Below are positions 41,431 to 51,548 of a DNA stretch of 64,000 nucleotides, piece by piece. This DNA comes from an uncultured Alphaproteobacteria bacterium (lineage in GTDB: Bacteria > Pseudomonadota > Alphaproteobacteria > Rhizobiales > Aestuariivirgaceae). The stretch's first letter is position 1. Every line of letters starts with the position of its first letter. The translations under genes were made by a program, and so were the position numbers. The stretch spans positions 540,390 through 604,389 of the forward strand of contig CAWBEX010000008.1 of the NCBI GenBank assembly GCA_963787895.1. The letters run 5' to 3'. The notes beneath the pieces are model-generated. The model did no database searches, was not told the DNA's origin, and was given only the letters and a program-made list of their open reading frames with translations.

Positions 41431-41955
41431 TCACAGTCGAATTTCGACGTCCCCGCACTGAACCTGGACGAGCAAACGGACCACCGCCGGCGCAAACGGG
41501 CTGGCAAAGTCACAATGGTACAAGGGCAAGTCAACGCCACAAATGCAGATTTGTGAAGATGGTGGTAGACGCTCGGCGCCAGGTCCCGGAGAGTGCTGGA
41601 CCACAAACTCGGCAAATGCAGTTTCGTGTTCCTTCCCCGGAAGCTTGAAGATCCCCGTTCCCCTGACCTCAAGCAGCCCGGCAATCATTGCAGGGGCCGA
41701 CACGAGAAGCCTGTTGTCTTCGGCACAAGCAATGGACTGATCATCGGCGACAAGCCGTGCCGTCAGCAGGCCGCTGCCGCCGGCACCATATCCCGGCTCG
41801 TCAACAAGGCGCAGTGCCAGCGAGGACTTCCCGCTGCCGGGTGGTCCAAGCAATAGAACGCCGCAGCGCATGTTGCTGCAAACCAATTCCACACAAGTTG
41901 CGTGGATGTTCTGTACTTTCGGTGCGGGAACCGCAGCATGCGGGCCAGGCGGCAT
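41431..41955 (-). CDS. hprK: Short HPr kinase/phosphorylase (alphaproteobacterial type)
   Basis: IHATCV, GVLLLGPPGSGKSSLAL, LVADDQ, LLEVRGTGI; lacks the N-terminal domain. Confidence 0.88.
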   Translation of the reverse strand: MPPGPHAAVPAPKVQNIHATCVELVCSNMRCGVLLLGPPGSGKSSLALRLVDEPGYGAGGSGLLTARLVADDQSIACAEDNRLLVSAPAMIAGLLEVRGTGIFKLPGKEHETAFAEFVVQHSPGPGAERLPPSSQICICGVDLPLYHCDFASPFAPAVVRLLVQVQCGDVEIRL

Positions 41956-41958
41956 GGC

Positions 41959-43782
41959 TCAGGCTCTGCTGCGTTTGGAGAATTGGGCAGATGCTCCCCT
42001 CACAGGTAACCGCACCGTGAAACAGGCGCCGATCCGGGGTGGTTCATTTTCACTGCCGTCGGCCTTGCCGTATCTGTTGCTGGCCCTGATGGTTCCGTGA
42101 TGAGCCTCGACGATCTGTCGTGAGATCGACAGGCCCAGCCCGGAATTCTTGCCGAAGGAGTTCTCCGGCCTGTCCGTGTAGAAACGCTCGAATACTCGCT
42201 CAAGATTTGCCGGGGGTATACCCGGCCCGTTATCTTCGATGGTGAACTCAACAGCAGACATCCTGCGCCGCAACGTAACCGCCACAACATCATCTGCTTG
42301 CGAGAAGGACACGGCATTGGCGATGAGGTTGCGAGTGACCTGACCCAACCGGTTATCATGACCGCGCACCACAAATGCACCTTTGGCTGGTATGCCTGCT
42401 GGCGAGGGCTCTATCTTCAGGACCACTTTCGGATGGCGCTCCTGTCTTGTTTCGTTAGCCAGATTGACAAAGGTCTCAAGCAATTTCTGCAAGTCCACTG
42501 GCCCCGCATCACTGCGGGCAAGTTCAGCATCGAGCCGCGATGCGTCAGAAATATCCGAAATCAGCCGGTCAAGCCGCTTGACGTCGTCTTTGACGATTGC
42601 GACCAGACGGTCGCGTTGTTCCGGTGTTCTGGCATAGCCGATCGTTTCAACCGCCGAACGCAGCGACGTCAGCGGGTTTTTCAGCTCATGGGCCACATCT
42701 GCTGCGAATGCCTCAATGGCTTCAATACGATTGTAAAGCGAGCTTGTCATTTCCCGAAGTGAAGCCGACAGGTGGCCGATTTCGTCTCGCCTGTTGGAAA
42801 AATCCGGGATCTCGACACGTTTGGCGCCGCCTGCACTTACAGCCGCGGCCGCCCCAGAGAGCCGCCGGATAGGTTCGGCAATGTGTCCAGCCATAAGCAG
42901 CGACAACATCACCGTCACCAGTGCGGTGAACAGGAAAATGAACAAGATGATGCGCATGTCTTCGCGCAATACAGAGTCAATCTCGCCACCGGGAGTGGTC
43001 AGCACAAGCGCACCCTGGATGGCCCGGAACCGCTGTACGGGCACGGCCACGGCAACGATGATTTCCTTGTCCTTGTTTACTCGGACAACGGAAACCGAAG
43101 CCCCGTTCAAAGCTGCTCGGATTTCCTCGAATTCAGCCCCGTTGTTCACGGTGTACTCAATCTGCTCGCGATAGCCGATGGCGAAGAACTGTTCGTTGAA
43201 CCAGTCCCAAAGCTTGTCGATCACACCCTCTTCAGCTTTCCCATCGCGAGGTGGAAGGTTGATGCGCAGCACCTCGCCCCTGCCGTAGAAATAACGGCTA
43301 TCAACAATCATTGCTCCGTCGCGATCAAACAGATGGGCACGCAGATCGGTGTTCGAAACCAGCCGGCGAAGTACAGGGCCTGCCCGGTCCGGGTTGATGA
43401 GGAAGTCGGTTCGCACCGGCTGACCCGCACCGGCGGCAGCGGGATTAAGCTGCTGTTCGATCAGTTTCTCCGGGTCAATGATCAATTGATCGGTTTCTAC
43501 GGAGACGGAGGAGCCGATAGCCGCTGCCATGATTTGCGCCTGGGTCATCAAGCTCTGTACCCGGCTGTCAATCAGGCTTTTGCGGCTCTGATTGAAAAAC
43601 ATGATGCCCAGCACAAGAATAATAAGCCCGATCAGATTGATGATCAGAATCCGGCTGGTCAGGTGTGCCGGCGCAAATCGGTGCCACCAGGCTGCTGCAG
43701 GGGTGAAGTCGGCCTCTTCTGCGCCCGCATCGCCGGATTTCACGGCCGCGGGTGTGTTCCTAATGTCCGTGTGGACAGTCAT
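41959..43782 (-). CDS. chvG: Sensor histidine kinase ChvG/ExoS
   Basis: LTSRILIINL, HAMP (RRDEIGHLS), ADVAHELKNPLTS, FERFYTDRP..FGKNSGLGLSIS. Confidence 0.95.
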   Translation of the reverse strand: MTVHTDIRNTPAAVKSGDAGAEEADFTPAAAWWHRFAPAHLTSRILIINLIGLIILVLGIMFFNQSRKSLIDSRVQSLMTQAQIMAAAIGSSVSVETDQLIIDPEKLIEQQLNPAAAGAGQPVRTDFLINPDRAGPVLRRLVSNTDLRAHLFDRDGAMIVDSRYFYGRGEVLRINLPPRDGKAEEGVIDKLWDWFNEQFFAIGYREQIEYTVNNGAEFEEIRAALNGASVSVVRVNKDKEIIVAVAVPVQRFRAIQGALVLTTPGGEIDSVLREDMRIILFIFLFTALVTVMLSLLMAGHIAEPIRRLSGAAAAVSAGGAKRVEIPDFSNRRDEIGHLSASLREMTSSLYNRIEAIEAFAADVAHELKNPLTSLRSAVETIGYARTPEQRDRLVAIVKDDVKRLDRLISDISDASRLDAELARSDAGPVDLQKLLETFVNLANETRQERHPKVVLKIEPSPAGIPAKGAFVVRGHDNRLGQVTRNLIANAVSFSQADDVVAVTLRRRMSAVEFTIEDNGPGIPPANLERVFERFYTDRPENSFGKNSGLGLSISRQIVEAHHGTIRASNRYGKADGSENEPPRIGACFTVRLPVRGASAQFSKRSRA

Positions 43783-43869
43783 TTCGCCGTCCCTGTTGTC
43801 GCCATCAACGGCCGAGCCTGTCTTGCTCGCAGGCTAAAGGCCATATCTGCAAGCATAGCACAATTGTGA

Positions 43870-44568
43870 TCACATTTCGCGAAAGCGGTACCCGACCCCA
43901 TAAAGTGTCTCGATGGCATCGAAGTCGTCATCAACAACCTTGAATTTCTTGCGCAAACGCTTGATGTGACTGTCGATGGTTCGGTCATCCACGTAAACCT
44001 GGTCGTCATAGGCCGCGTCCATGAGGGAATCACGACTCTTTACAATGCCGGGGCGTTGCGCCAGCGCCTGAAGGATAAGAAACTCGGTCACGGTCAGTGT
44101 CACAGACTTGCCGTCCCATGTGCTGGAATGCCTGTCGGGATCCATAACCAGTCTGCCGCGTTCGATGATCTTGCTGGCCTCGCCTGGCACTTCGGTGCCC
44201 TCGCGGTTCTGTGCACGTCTGAGCACAGCCTTGACACGTTCAACCAGCAGGCGCTGGGAGAAAGGTTTCCGGATAAAGTCGTCCGCGCCCATTTTCAGGC
44301 CGAACAGCTCATCGATCTCTTCGTCCTTCGAAGTCAGGAAGATCACCGGCAAGTCAGATTTCTGGCGCAGCCGGCGCAGCAGTTCCATTCCGTCCATGCG
44401 TGGCATCTTGATGTCAAAGATGGCCATATCTGGCGGTGTGTCCTCAAGGCCCTGAAGCGCAGCAACGCCATCGGTATAGGTATTGGTGCTGTAGCCTTCG
44501 GCTTCCAGTGCCATGGACACGGAAGTCAGGATATGCCGGTCGTCATCAACGAGCGCAATTGTTGGCAT
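43870..44568 (-). CDS. chvI: Response regulator ChvI
   Basis: [50 protein letters not shown]. Confidence 0.96.
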   Translation of the reverse strand: MPTIALVDDDRHILTSVSMALEAEGYSTNTYTDGVAALQGLEDTPPDMAIFDIKMPRMDGMELLRRLRQKSDLPVIFLTSKDEEIDELFGLKMGADDFIRKPFSQRLLVERVKAVLRRAQNREGTEVPGEASKIIERGRLVMDPDRHSSTWDGKSVTLTVTEFLILQALAQRPGIVKSRDSLMDAAYDDQVYVDDRTIDSHIKRLRKKFKVVDDDFDAIETLYGVGYRFREM

Positions 44569-44959
44569 GCGTTTTCCCAATGTATTGTCTCCGTCCTGAC
44601 GTCGAGCCGTAATCCCGGAACTGGCGCAAATTGTGGCAAAGCTTTTTCCGGTTTACCCGAAGGCAATCCAAAGGCTGAATATGGGGCTTCACACGCTGCT
44701 TAACAAGATGCCAGCCACAACTTGCCATCTGCAGTTGTTCAACATGTTGATGATATAGGACATTTGGTTACTTGAAGTTTGAGGCTGGATTGTACTATCA
44801 AAACATCTATGGGGTCCAGCGCAGGGCGAAACGCCGCGATACTGCTGCCCGTTCATCAGTCAAAAGCGAGAAAAATTGTGTTGATGCTACAGATTGGCTA
44901 GTCGGGTGGCGCAAACCCACAGCCAGCGCAGTAATCGATACCCAGACAGGAGCAGCGCC

Positions 44960-46573
44960 TTGCAGCACAACGGCCACTTCAATCCAGACTTCCCTATTGA
45001 GACCACCGGCATAAAATCACCCGGCGAAGTCCACTATAATTTGAACGCTGCGCAACTCTACGAGATGTCGGTGAAACTCGGTGAGGGCATGGTTTCCGAT
45101 TCCGGTGCACTTGCAGTAGTGACGGGCAAGCACACTGGCCGGTCTGCCCAGGACAAGTTCATCGTACGTGACGCGAACACTGAAGCAAACATCTGGTGGG
45201 ACAACAACAAGGGTTTGTCACCGGAGCATTTCGCTACACTGAAGGCTGATTTTCTCGACCACGCAAATAACAGGCGCCTGTTCGTGCAGGACCTGTTTGG
45301 TGGCGCGGATCCGGAACACCGCATCAAGGTGCGCGTAGTAACCCAATTTGCCTGGCACGCCCTGTTTATCCGCTACCTGTTGCGCCGTCCGTCGCGCGAG
45401 GAGGTGATGAGCTTTGCGCCTGAACTGACCATCATCAACCAACCCAGCTTCAAGGCTGATCCGGCCAGGCACGGCTCACGGACCGAAACCATCATTGCCG
45501 TCAATCTGACTGAAAAACTCGTACTCATCGGTGACAGCGAATATGCCGGTGAAACCAAAAAGTCGGTGTTCGGGACACTCAACTACTTCCTGCCGGATAA
45601 GGGGATCATGCCGATGCACTGCTCGGCCAATGCTGGAAATGATGGCACATCAGCGCTGTTCTTCGGTCTGTCCGGCACTGGCAAGACCACCTTGTCATCG
45701 GATGCGTCACGTACTCTGGTTGGCGATGATGAGCATGGCTGGTCGCCCAACGGCATTTTCAACTTTGAAGGCGGTTGCTACGCCAAGACGATCAACCTTT
45801 CTGCCGAAGCGGAGCCGGAAATCTATTCTACGACTCAGCGCTGGGGCTCGATCCTGGAAAACGTCAAGGTTGACCCTGACACCCGCACGCCGGACTTCGA
45901 TGATATTTCATTGACTGAAAACGGCCGCGTTGCCTACCCGATGCACTATATCCCCAACGCATCTGACACAGGCATGGCGCCGCATCCCAAGAATGTCATC
46001 ATGCTGACTGCCGATGCGTCCGGTGTCATGCCGCCAATCGCGCGGTTGAACCCGCATCAGGCTATGTACCATTTCCTGTCCGGTTACACCGCCAAGGTGG
46101 CTGGAACCGAAAAGGGCGTGAAGGGGACAGTCGCGACATTCTCGACCTGTTTTGGTGCGCCGTTCATGCCGCGCCATCCGAGTGTGTATGGCAACTTGCT
46201 CAAACAGCTTATTGCCGAACACGGGGCAACATGCTGGCTGGTTAACACGGGTTGGACTGGTGGTCCTTATGGTGAAGGCCACCGTATGCCGATCAAGGCA
46301 ACCCGTGCCTTGTTGGCGGCCGCTCTGGACGGCAGCCTCAACAATGTGCCCATGCGAATTGATCCGAATTTCGGATTTGAGGTTCCCAAGAGTGTCAATG
46401 GAGTGGATGGCGCCATCCTGAACCCGCGCACAACCTGGGCCGATCCTCAAGCCTATGACGCCAAGGCGGGTGAACTTGTCGACATGTTTGTCAGCAACTT
46501 CGAGAAGTTTGCAACTCACGTGGACAGTGAAGTTATAGCTGCTGCGCCGGCGGTGCGCGACGCGGCCGAGTGA
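44960..46573 (+). CDS. pckA: Phosphoenolpyruvate carboxykinase (ATP)
   Basis: [52 protein letters not shown]; probable TTG start at 44960 after ACAGGAG. Confidence 0.97.
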   Translation: MQHNGHFNPDFPIETTGIKSPGEVHYNLNAAQLYEMSVKLGEGMVSDSGALAVVTGKHTGRSAQDKFIVRDANTEANIWWDNNKGLSPEHFATLKADFLDHANNRRLFVQDLFGGADPEHRIKVRVVTQFAWHALFIRYLLRRPSREEVMSFAPELTIINQPSFKADPARHGSRTETIIAVNLTEKLVLIGDSEYAGETKKSVFGTLNYFLPDKGIMPMHCSANAGNDGTSALFFGLSGTGKTTLSSDASRTLVGDDEHGWSPNGIFNFEGGCYAKTINLSAEAEPEIYSTTQRWGSILENVKVDPDTRTPDFDDISLTENGRVAYPMHYIPNASDTGMAPHPKNVIMLTADASGVMPPIARLNPHQAMYHFLSGYTAKVAGTEKGVKGTVATFSTCFGAPFMPRHPSVYGNLLKQLIAEHGATCWLVNTGWTGGPYGEGHRMPIKATRALLAAALDGSLNNVPMRIDPNFGFEVPKSVNGVDGAILNPRTTWADPQAYDAKAGELVDMFVSNFEKFATHVDSEVIAAAPAVRDAAE

Positions 46574-46597
46574 ACCAAATCAAGAACTTTTAATTGC

Positions 46598-46636
46598 GCG
46601 CCAGTTACACAGGTTCGTGACTGGCGCAAATTTTTT
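46598..46636 (+). terminator. Terminator after pckA
   Basis: gcgccagt (46598-605) / actggcgc (46620-27) stem followed by a T-run. Confidence 0.6.
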
Positions 46637-47180
46637 GTGCTTCCGGCTTGGTAATTGGTTGTTCAAACAACAAGCACCAGTGCTTGCCCTTTACATCTGC
46701 CGGCGCGCCGCCTTCTCGAAAGTACCTGCAACTTGCACAAGCACCGAAAGTGGGTAGCGCCTTTGGCTTCAGCATCTTGTTGACCAGTTTTTCTGTTGCC
46801 AATGAAAACCGTTGACGCAGTTTGGGCTTCATGCCTTCGAGTAAGGAAGCCAGGTCCGCCCAAGGATCCTGCTCGAGCTTTTCAGTACCTTGCGGGGTTA
46901 ATGACAGGACTACCGATCGGGCCTCTCCGGGGCGCGGTGCCTTGCTGATCAAGCCTTTGCGTTCCAGCGCAATCAGCGTTTGCGATATTGTTCCCTTGGT
47001 GGCGGCTAGATAGCGGGTCAGCGCTGCAGGGGAATTCGAGAACCGGTTGCAACGGCTGAGGTAACGCAACGCCTCCCACTGTGCCGGGTTCAGATCAGAG
47101 CTGTGTTCCCCTGATCGCACCAGGCGAGCCAGTCGCTCCAACTGGATGATCGTGTCCTGCACTGGGCTGTCAGAAGTCAT
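46605..47180 (-). CDS. MarR-family regulator with Cys-rich C-terminal extension
   Basis: LNPAQWEALRYL..SPAALTRYLAATKGTISQTLIALERKGLI wHTH; tail CASC..HWC..KIC; ATG at 47180. Confidence 0.85.
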   Translation of the reverse strand: MTSDSPVQDTIIQLERLARLVRSGEHSSDLNPAQWEALRYLSRCNRFSNSPAALTRYLAATKGTISQTLIALERKGLISKAPRPGEARSVVLSLTPQGTEKLEQDPWADLASLLEGMKPKLRQRFSLATEKLVNKMLKPKALPTFGACASCRYFREGGAPADVKGKHWCLLFEQPITKPEAQKICASHEPV

Positions 47181-47256
47181 CGTATATGCACCTGGGTTTC
47201 GCTTGGCGAACACTAGGGAACTCGACCGTCACAATCAAATTTCATCCTCAAACAAG

Positions 47257-50181
47257 TCAGTGTGCTTCATCCCAATTGTCTGCGGCGCGCGCGTCTACCT
47301 GCACCGGCACCGAGAACGCAACTGCGGGCAGCGGTGCTTTCTCCATCACTTCGCACGCCAGCTTGATGGTGGATATTGCTTGTGCTTCAGGCACTTCGAA
47401 GATGAGCTCATCGTGCACCTGAAGCAGCATTTTCGCGCTCAATCCTGCGTCTGCAATGGCGGCCGGCATGCGTATCATGGCGCGGCGGATGATGTCGGCA
47501 GCAGAGCCCTGAATAGGTGCATTGATTGCCGCGCGCTCCTGAAATGCGCGCTCCGAGGGGTTCGGTGACTTGATGCGCGGAAAGTGCATCCTGCGGCCAA
47601 ACACAGTCTCGACATAGCCATTGGCCCGGCAGAATGCCTTGGTTGATTCCATATATTCCTTGATGCCGGGAAAGCGCTCGAAATAGGTCTTGATGTACTG
47701 CCCTGCCTCTTCCCGCGAGATGGCCAGCTGGTTGGCGAGACCGAAAGCTGAAATCCCGTAAATGATGCCAAAGTTGATGGCCTTGGCCCGTCGGCGCACA
47801 GCCGGGTCCATACCTTCGATCGGTGTGTCAAACATCTCTGATGCTGTCATGGCGTGAATGTCGAGCCCATCTGCAAACGCTTTCTTCAACTGGGGAATGT
47901 CTGCAATTTGAGCCAGCACGCGCAGCTCGATCTGGCTGTAGTCTGCCGACACCAGCTTGTGACCGGGCGCTGCCACAAAGGCTGTGCGTATCTGTCTGCC
48001 TTCGGGTGTTCGCACCGGAATGTTCTGCAGGTTTGGCTCGGTTGACGACAGACGCCCGGTAGACGTGGCCGCCAACGAATACGAGGTATGCACGCGCTTT
48101 GTCTCGGGGTTGATATGGCCCGTCAGCGCATCGGTGTAGGTCGAGCGCAATTTGGTCAGTTGCCGCCATTCAAGCAGCTTGCCGGCCAACTCGACACCTT
48201 CTGCGGCCAGATCCTCCAGAACCTGCACATCAGTGCTCCATGCGCCGGTTGCAGTTTTCTTGCCGCCTGTCAGCCCCATCTTGCCGAACAGGACCTCGCC
48301 AAGTTGTTTGGGTGAACCCAGATTGAACGGTTCACCTGCCAATTTGTGCACTTGTGCTTCCAGCACCTCTGCTCCCTTGGCAAACTCTCCCGATAGCCGG
48401 GCCAGCACGGCGCGGTCCACAAGAATGCCTTCACGCTCCATTGCCGCCAACACTGGCACAAGCGGGCGTTCCAGCGTCTCATAAACCGTGGCGCGATGTT
48501 CCGTTGCCAGCCGTGGCTTCAGCACATGCCACAGCCTCAGGGTGATGTCGGCGTCCTCGGCGGCGTATTTCGTTGCCTCATCCAGCGGTACCAGGTCAAA
48601 AGTCACCTGGCTTTTGCCCGTACCTGCCACGTCCTTGAACTTGATTGGCACAAATCCAAGATGCTTTTCAGCCAGCTCGTCCATGCCATGACCATTGATG
48701 CCGGAATCCAGCGCATAGGACAGCAACATTGTGTCATCGATCGGCGCGACGGTTACTCCAAGGCGATGAAAAACAGTCAGGTCGTATTTCAGGTTCTGGC
48801 CAATTTTCAGAACACCGGGATGCTCAAGAACCGGTTTCAGGGCCGTCAGCACATCGCTTTCATTGAGCTGTTCAAGATCATTGCCACCAAAGTCCAGCCC
48901 TTCTGAGGCACGGTGTCCGGTCGGTATGTAACAGGCCTTGCCAGGTTCCACGCAAAGTGAAATGCCGGCCAATTTGGCCTGCATGTTGTCCAGCGATGTT
49001 GTTTCCGTGTCTACCGACACATGTCCGGCTTCGCGGATCATTTCTATCCATGCATTGAGCCGGGCCATGCTGGTGACACGTTCATAAGTTGCGTGATCAA
49101 GCGGTATGGCGCGCATAGCCTCTGCTGCGTTCGACGTTGGCGGCAGTCGGTTTTCAACAGGGTCGGGGGTGGCTGCCTTTACAGGATCAGCGGGCGCTCC
49201 CAGTTCATCCACCATATGTCCTTCCGGTGGCCATCCGGTGAACGTAACCTCAATCGGCTCTATGTCGGCGGCGTTGGCCTCAAGTTCGCCGGAGACGCGG
49301 CGGATCAGGGTGTTGAATTCCAGTGCTTTCAAGAAGCCGATCAAGGTCTTTGCCTCTGGTTCGACTACGCCGAAATCCTCCAGCGGGTGATCCACTGCGA
49401 CATCTGTTTTCAAGATGACCAACTGCTTTGACATGCGGGCTTGATCAGCAAACTCAATCAACTTTTCGCGCCGTTTGGGTTGCTTTATTTCATCTGCGCG
49501 CAACAGCAATGTTTCAAGATCACCGTACTCTTCGATCAACTGCGCGCCGGTCTTTACTCCGATGCCCGGAACGCCGGGTATGTTGTCAACGCTGTCACCT
49601 GCCAGAGCCTGAACTTCGACGACCTTTTCAGGTGGCACCCCGAACTTTTCAATGACCTCGTCGCGGCCGATGGCCTTGTCTTTCATGGTGTCGAGCAGCT
49701 TTACCTGGTCTGTTACCAGTTGCATCAGGTCCTTGTCGGACGAGACGATGCGCACCGTCGCTCCGGCAGCTTCTGCCTGTGTTGCATAGGTTGCGATCAG
49801 ATCATCGGCTTCATAGTTTTCCTGCTCGATACAGGCCACGTTGAAAGCGTGCGTCGCCTGCCGGATCAGACCGAACTGCGGCACCAGATCTTCGGGCGCG
49901 GGTGGTCGGTGCGCCTTGTAATCCGGATAGATTTCGTTGCGGAACGATTTTGAAGACTTGTCGAAAATCACTGCGATATGCGTAGGCTTGTCGTCGGCGG
50001 ACATCTGCTTCAACAACTTGTGCAGCATGTTGCAGAAGCCCTGCACGGCCCCCACCGGGAGCCCGTCAGATTTTCGCGTGAGGGGTGGCAGCGCATGATA
50101 TGCGCGAAAGATGTAGCCGGAGCCATCTATCAGATAGAGGTGGTCTCCGGCCTTTATCGGTCTTGTCTGGGCTGTGCTCAT
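47257..50181 (-). CDS. polA: DNA polymerase I
   Basis: LIDGSGYIFRA, EADDLIAT, GDSVDNIPG, DTETT, LSSTEPNLQNIP, ADYSQIELR, AKAINFGIIYG, LQVHDEL. Confidence 0.98.
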   Translation of the reverse strand: MSTAQTRPIKAGDHLYLIDGSGYIFRAYHALPPLTRKSDGLPVGAVQGFCNMLHKLLKQMSADDKPTHIAVIFDKSSKSFRNEIYPDYKAHRPPAPEDLVPQFGLIRQATHAFNVACIEQENYEADDLIATYATQAEAAGATVRIVSSDKDLMQLVTDQVKLLDTMKDKAIGRDEVIEKFGVPPEKVVEVQALAGDSVDNIPGVPGIGVKTGAQLIEEYGDLETLLLRADEIKQPKRREKLIEFADQARMSKQLVILKTDVAVDHPLEDFGVVEPEAKTLIGFLKALEFNTLIRRVSGELEANAADIEPIEVTFTGWPPEGHMVDELGAPADPVKAATPDPVENRLPPTSNAAEAMRAIPLDHATYERVTSMARLNAWIEMIREAGHVSVDTETTSLDNMQAKLAGISLCVEPGKACYIPTGHRASEGLDFGGNDLEQLNESDVLTALKPVLEHPGVLKIGQNLKYDLTVFHRLGVTVAPIDDTMLLSYALDSGINGHGMDELAEKHLGFVPIKFKDVAGTGKSQVTFDLVPLDEATKYAAEDADITLRLWHVLKPRLATEHRATVYETLERPLVPVLAAMEREGILVDRAVLARLSGEFAKGAEVLEAQVHKLAGEPFNLGSPKQLGEVLFGKMGLTGGKKTATGAWSTDVQVLEDLAAEGVELAGKLLEWRQLTKLRSTYTDALTGHINPETKRVHTSYSLAATSTGRLSSTEPNLQNIPVRTPEGRQIRTAFVAAPGHKLVSADYSQIELRVLAQIADIPQLKKAFADGLDIHAMTASEMFDTPIEGMDPAVRRRAKAINFGIIYGISAFGLANQLAISREEAGQYIKTYFERFPGIKEYMESTKAFCRANGYVETVFGRRMHFPRIKSPNPSERAFQERAAINAPIQGSAADIIRRAMIRMPAAIADAGLSAKMLLQVHDELIFEVPEAQAISTIKLACEVMEKAPLPAVAFSVPVQVDARAADNWDEAH

Positions 50182-50243
50182 GAGGTGGGACTATGCCACC
50201 AGCATCAGCCGTTTGCTACATGCGCGGGAAGCTTTACACAGTC

Positions 50244-51290
50244 TTAGGCCGATGCTCCTGACAGACTTCCTGTCGCGTTTGCCGGCTTTCGCTGAACGAG
50301 ACGTGCAAAAGCCGGGCGTTCAAACAAAAACCGGGCAGGTGTCCGCATGGCAATCCAGTGCAGGACAAGCGGGCCGACGACACCAGCCGTAGTGACAATG
50401 AGAGAGATGGTGCCGGCGTCTGCGATGATGCCCGTCTTGATCAGGAAGATGCGTGTTGCGGCCATGAACAGGAAGAACGCCAGGTACACCGGCAATGTGT
50501 TTTCACCACAATAACGCACCAGATTGAACCAGCTTACACGGCTCATCAGTTGCGCCACCGTGATAACTGCAGCGCAACCCGCCATGCCCAGCATGATTGA
50601 CAGGCCCGGCAGGAAGGCTGTGCCAGCCTCCACCATCCAGTGATTGATAACCGCCCATGACGCTAGTGCGGCAAGCAGAGTTGAAGCCTCTAGTGATGCC
50701 ACCCTTGCAGCATATGCCATGATGTACGGAGCCATCACATAGCCCGAATAGAAGTAGACGAAGCGATGTGCGCTTTCATCAACAGCTACCCATCCAGTGT
50801 TGACATGGGCCATTTCCAGCGCTGCTGCGACCGGCCAAACGATCCAGATTGGCACGTTTTTCAAGAGCTTTGCAGCGACAAAGAAGATGATGAGGACATA
50901 AATGAACCAAAGCGTGCCAAGCGGTTCGACCAGCGCAGTGAGCCAGTATTCTGGCAGGCCCGCCAGCCCGTTCGGCCCTTGCCAGCCTTTGAAAGCTGCC
51001 TGGATTGTCATCCACAGCACATAGAAGTATCCAAAATGCAGAACCTTGGTGTCAGCGTAAGAGCGCCAGGACCGGTCAATACGAGAGGCGAGAAAAAGCC
51101 CGGAAATCAGAAAAAAATCCGGCATCCGGAAAGGTCTGGCCCATGAAATGAATCCATCCACCCAGCTGCTTTGACCCATTGCCTCCTGAACGCCATAGGT
51201 AGAGTGCATCATCACAACAAGAACGATGCAGATACCCTTGGCATAGTCGACCCAGTCAATGCGAGACTGATCCAGCGATGTGGCCGTCAT
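50244..51290 (-). CDS. Acyltransferase family 3 membrane protein
   Basis: RIDWVDYAKGICIVLVVMMH, FRMPDFFLISGLF, LWFIYVL, multiple TMs. Confidence 0.88.
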   Translation of the reverse strand: MTATSLDQSRIDWVDYAKGICIVLVVMMHSTYGVQEAMGQSSWVDGFISWARPFRMPDFFLISGLFLASRIDRSWRSYADTKVLHFGYFYVLWMTIQAAFKGWQGPNGLAGLPEYWLTALVEPLGTLWFIYVLIIFFVAAKLLKNVPIWIVWPVAAALEMAHVNTGWVAVDESAHRFVYFYSGYVMAPYIMAYAARVASLEASTLLAALASWAVINHWMVEAGTAFLPGLSIMLGMAGCAAVITVAQLMSRVSWFNLVRYCGENTLPVYLAFFLFMAATRIFLIKTGIIADAGTISLIVTTAGVVGPLVLHWIAMRTPARFLFERPAFARLVQRKPANATGSLSGASA

Positions 51291-51548
51291 GGTTAACAAA
51301 CCCTTTCAACGATGTCTCAGGATGGATTATCCCGGTTTCAATTGATCAGTACTGAGCATTTCTGATGCCAACCTGGGCTAAGTGCTGCATTTGCACGCTC
51401 ACGAGTGTGTGAAACTTCACCAGCAGGTGCCGCGCCTTCGGGCCGTGAAGTGGTGCTATTCAATTTGCCGTTCTGGCCACCGGATTGGTCTTGCCAGCAC
51501 CCGGGGCAATAGTGAGATAATGAGACTTCACCAATTGGGAGCAGTGCT

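Noticed and set aside
41431-41955. Short HPr kinase as a truncated pseudogene
   Set aside because: Alphaproteobacterial HprK normally lacks the N-terminal domain, and the P-loop and DD motifs are intact.
51300-51548. TauR operator upstream of tpa
   Set aside because: No convincing CTGGAC-type direct repeat.
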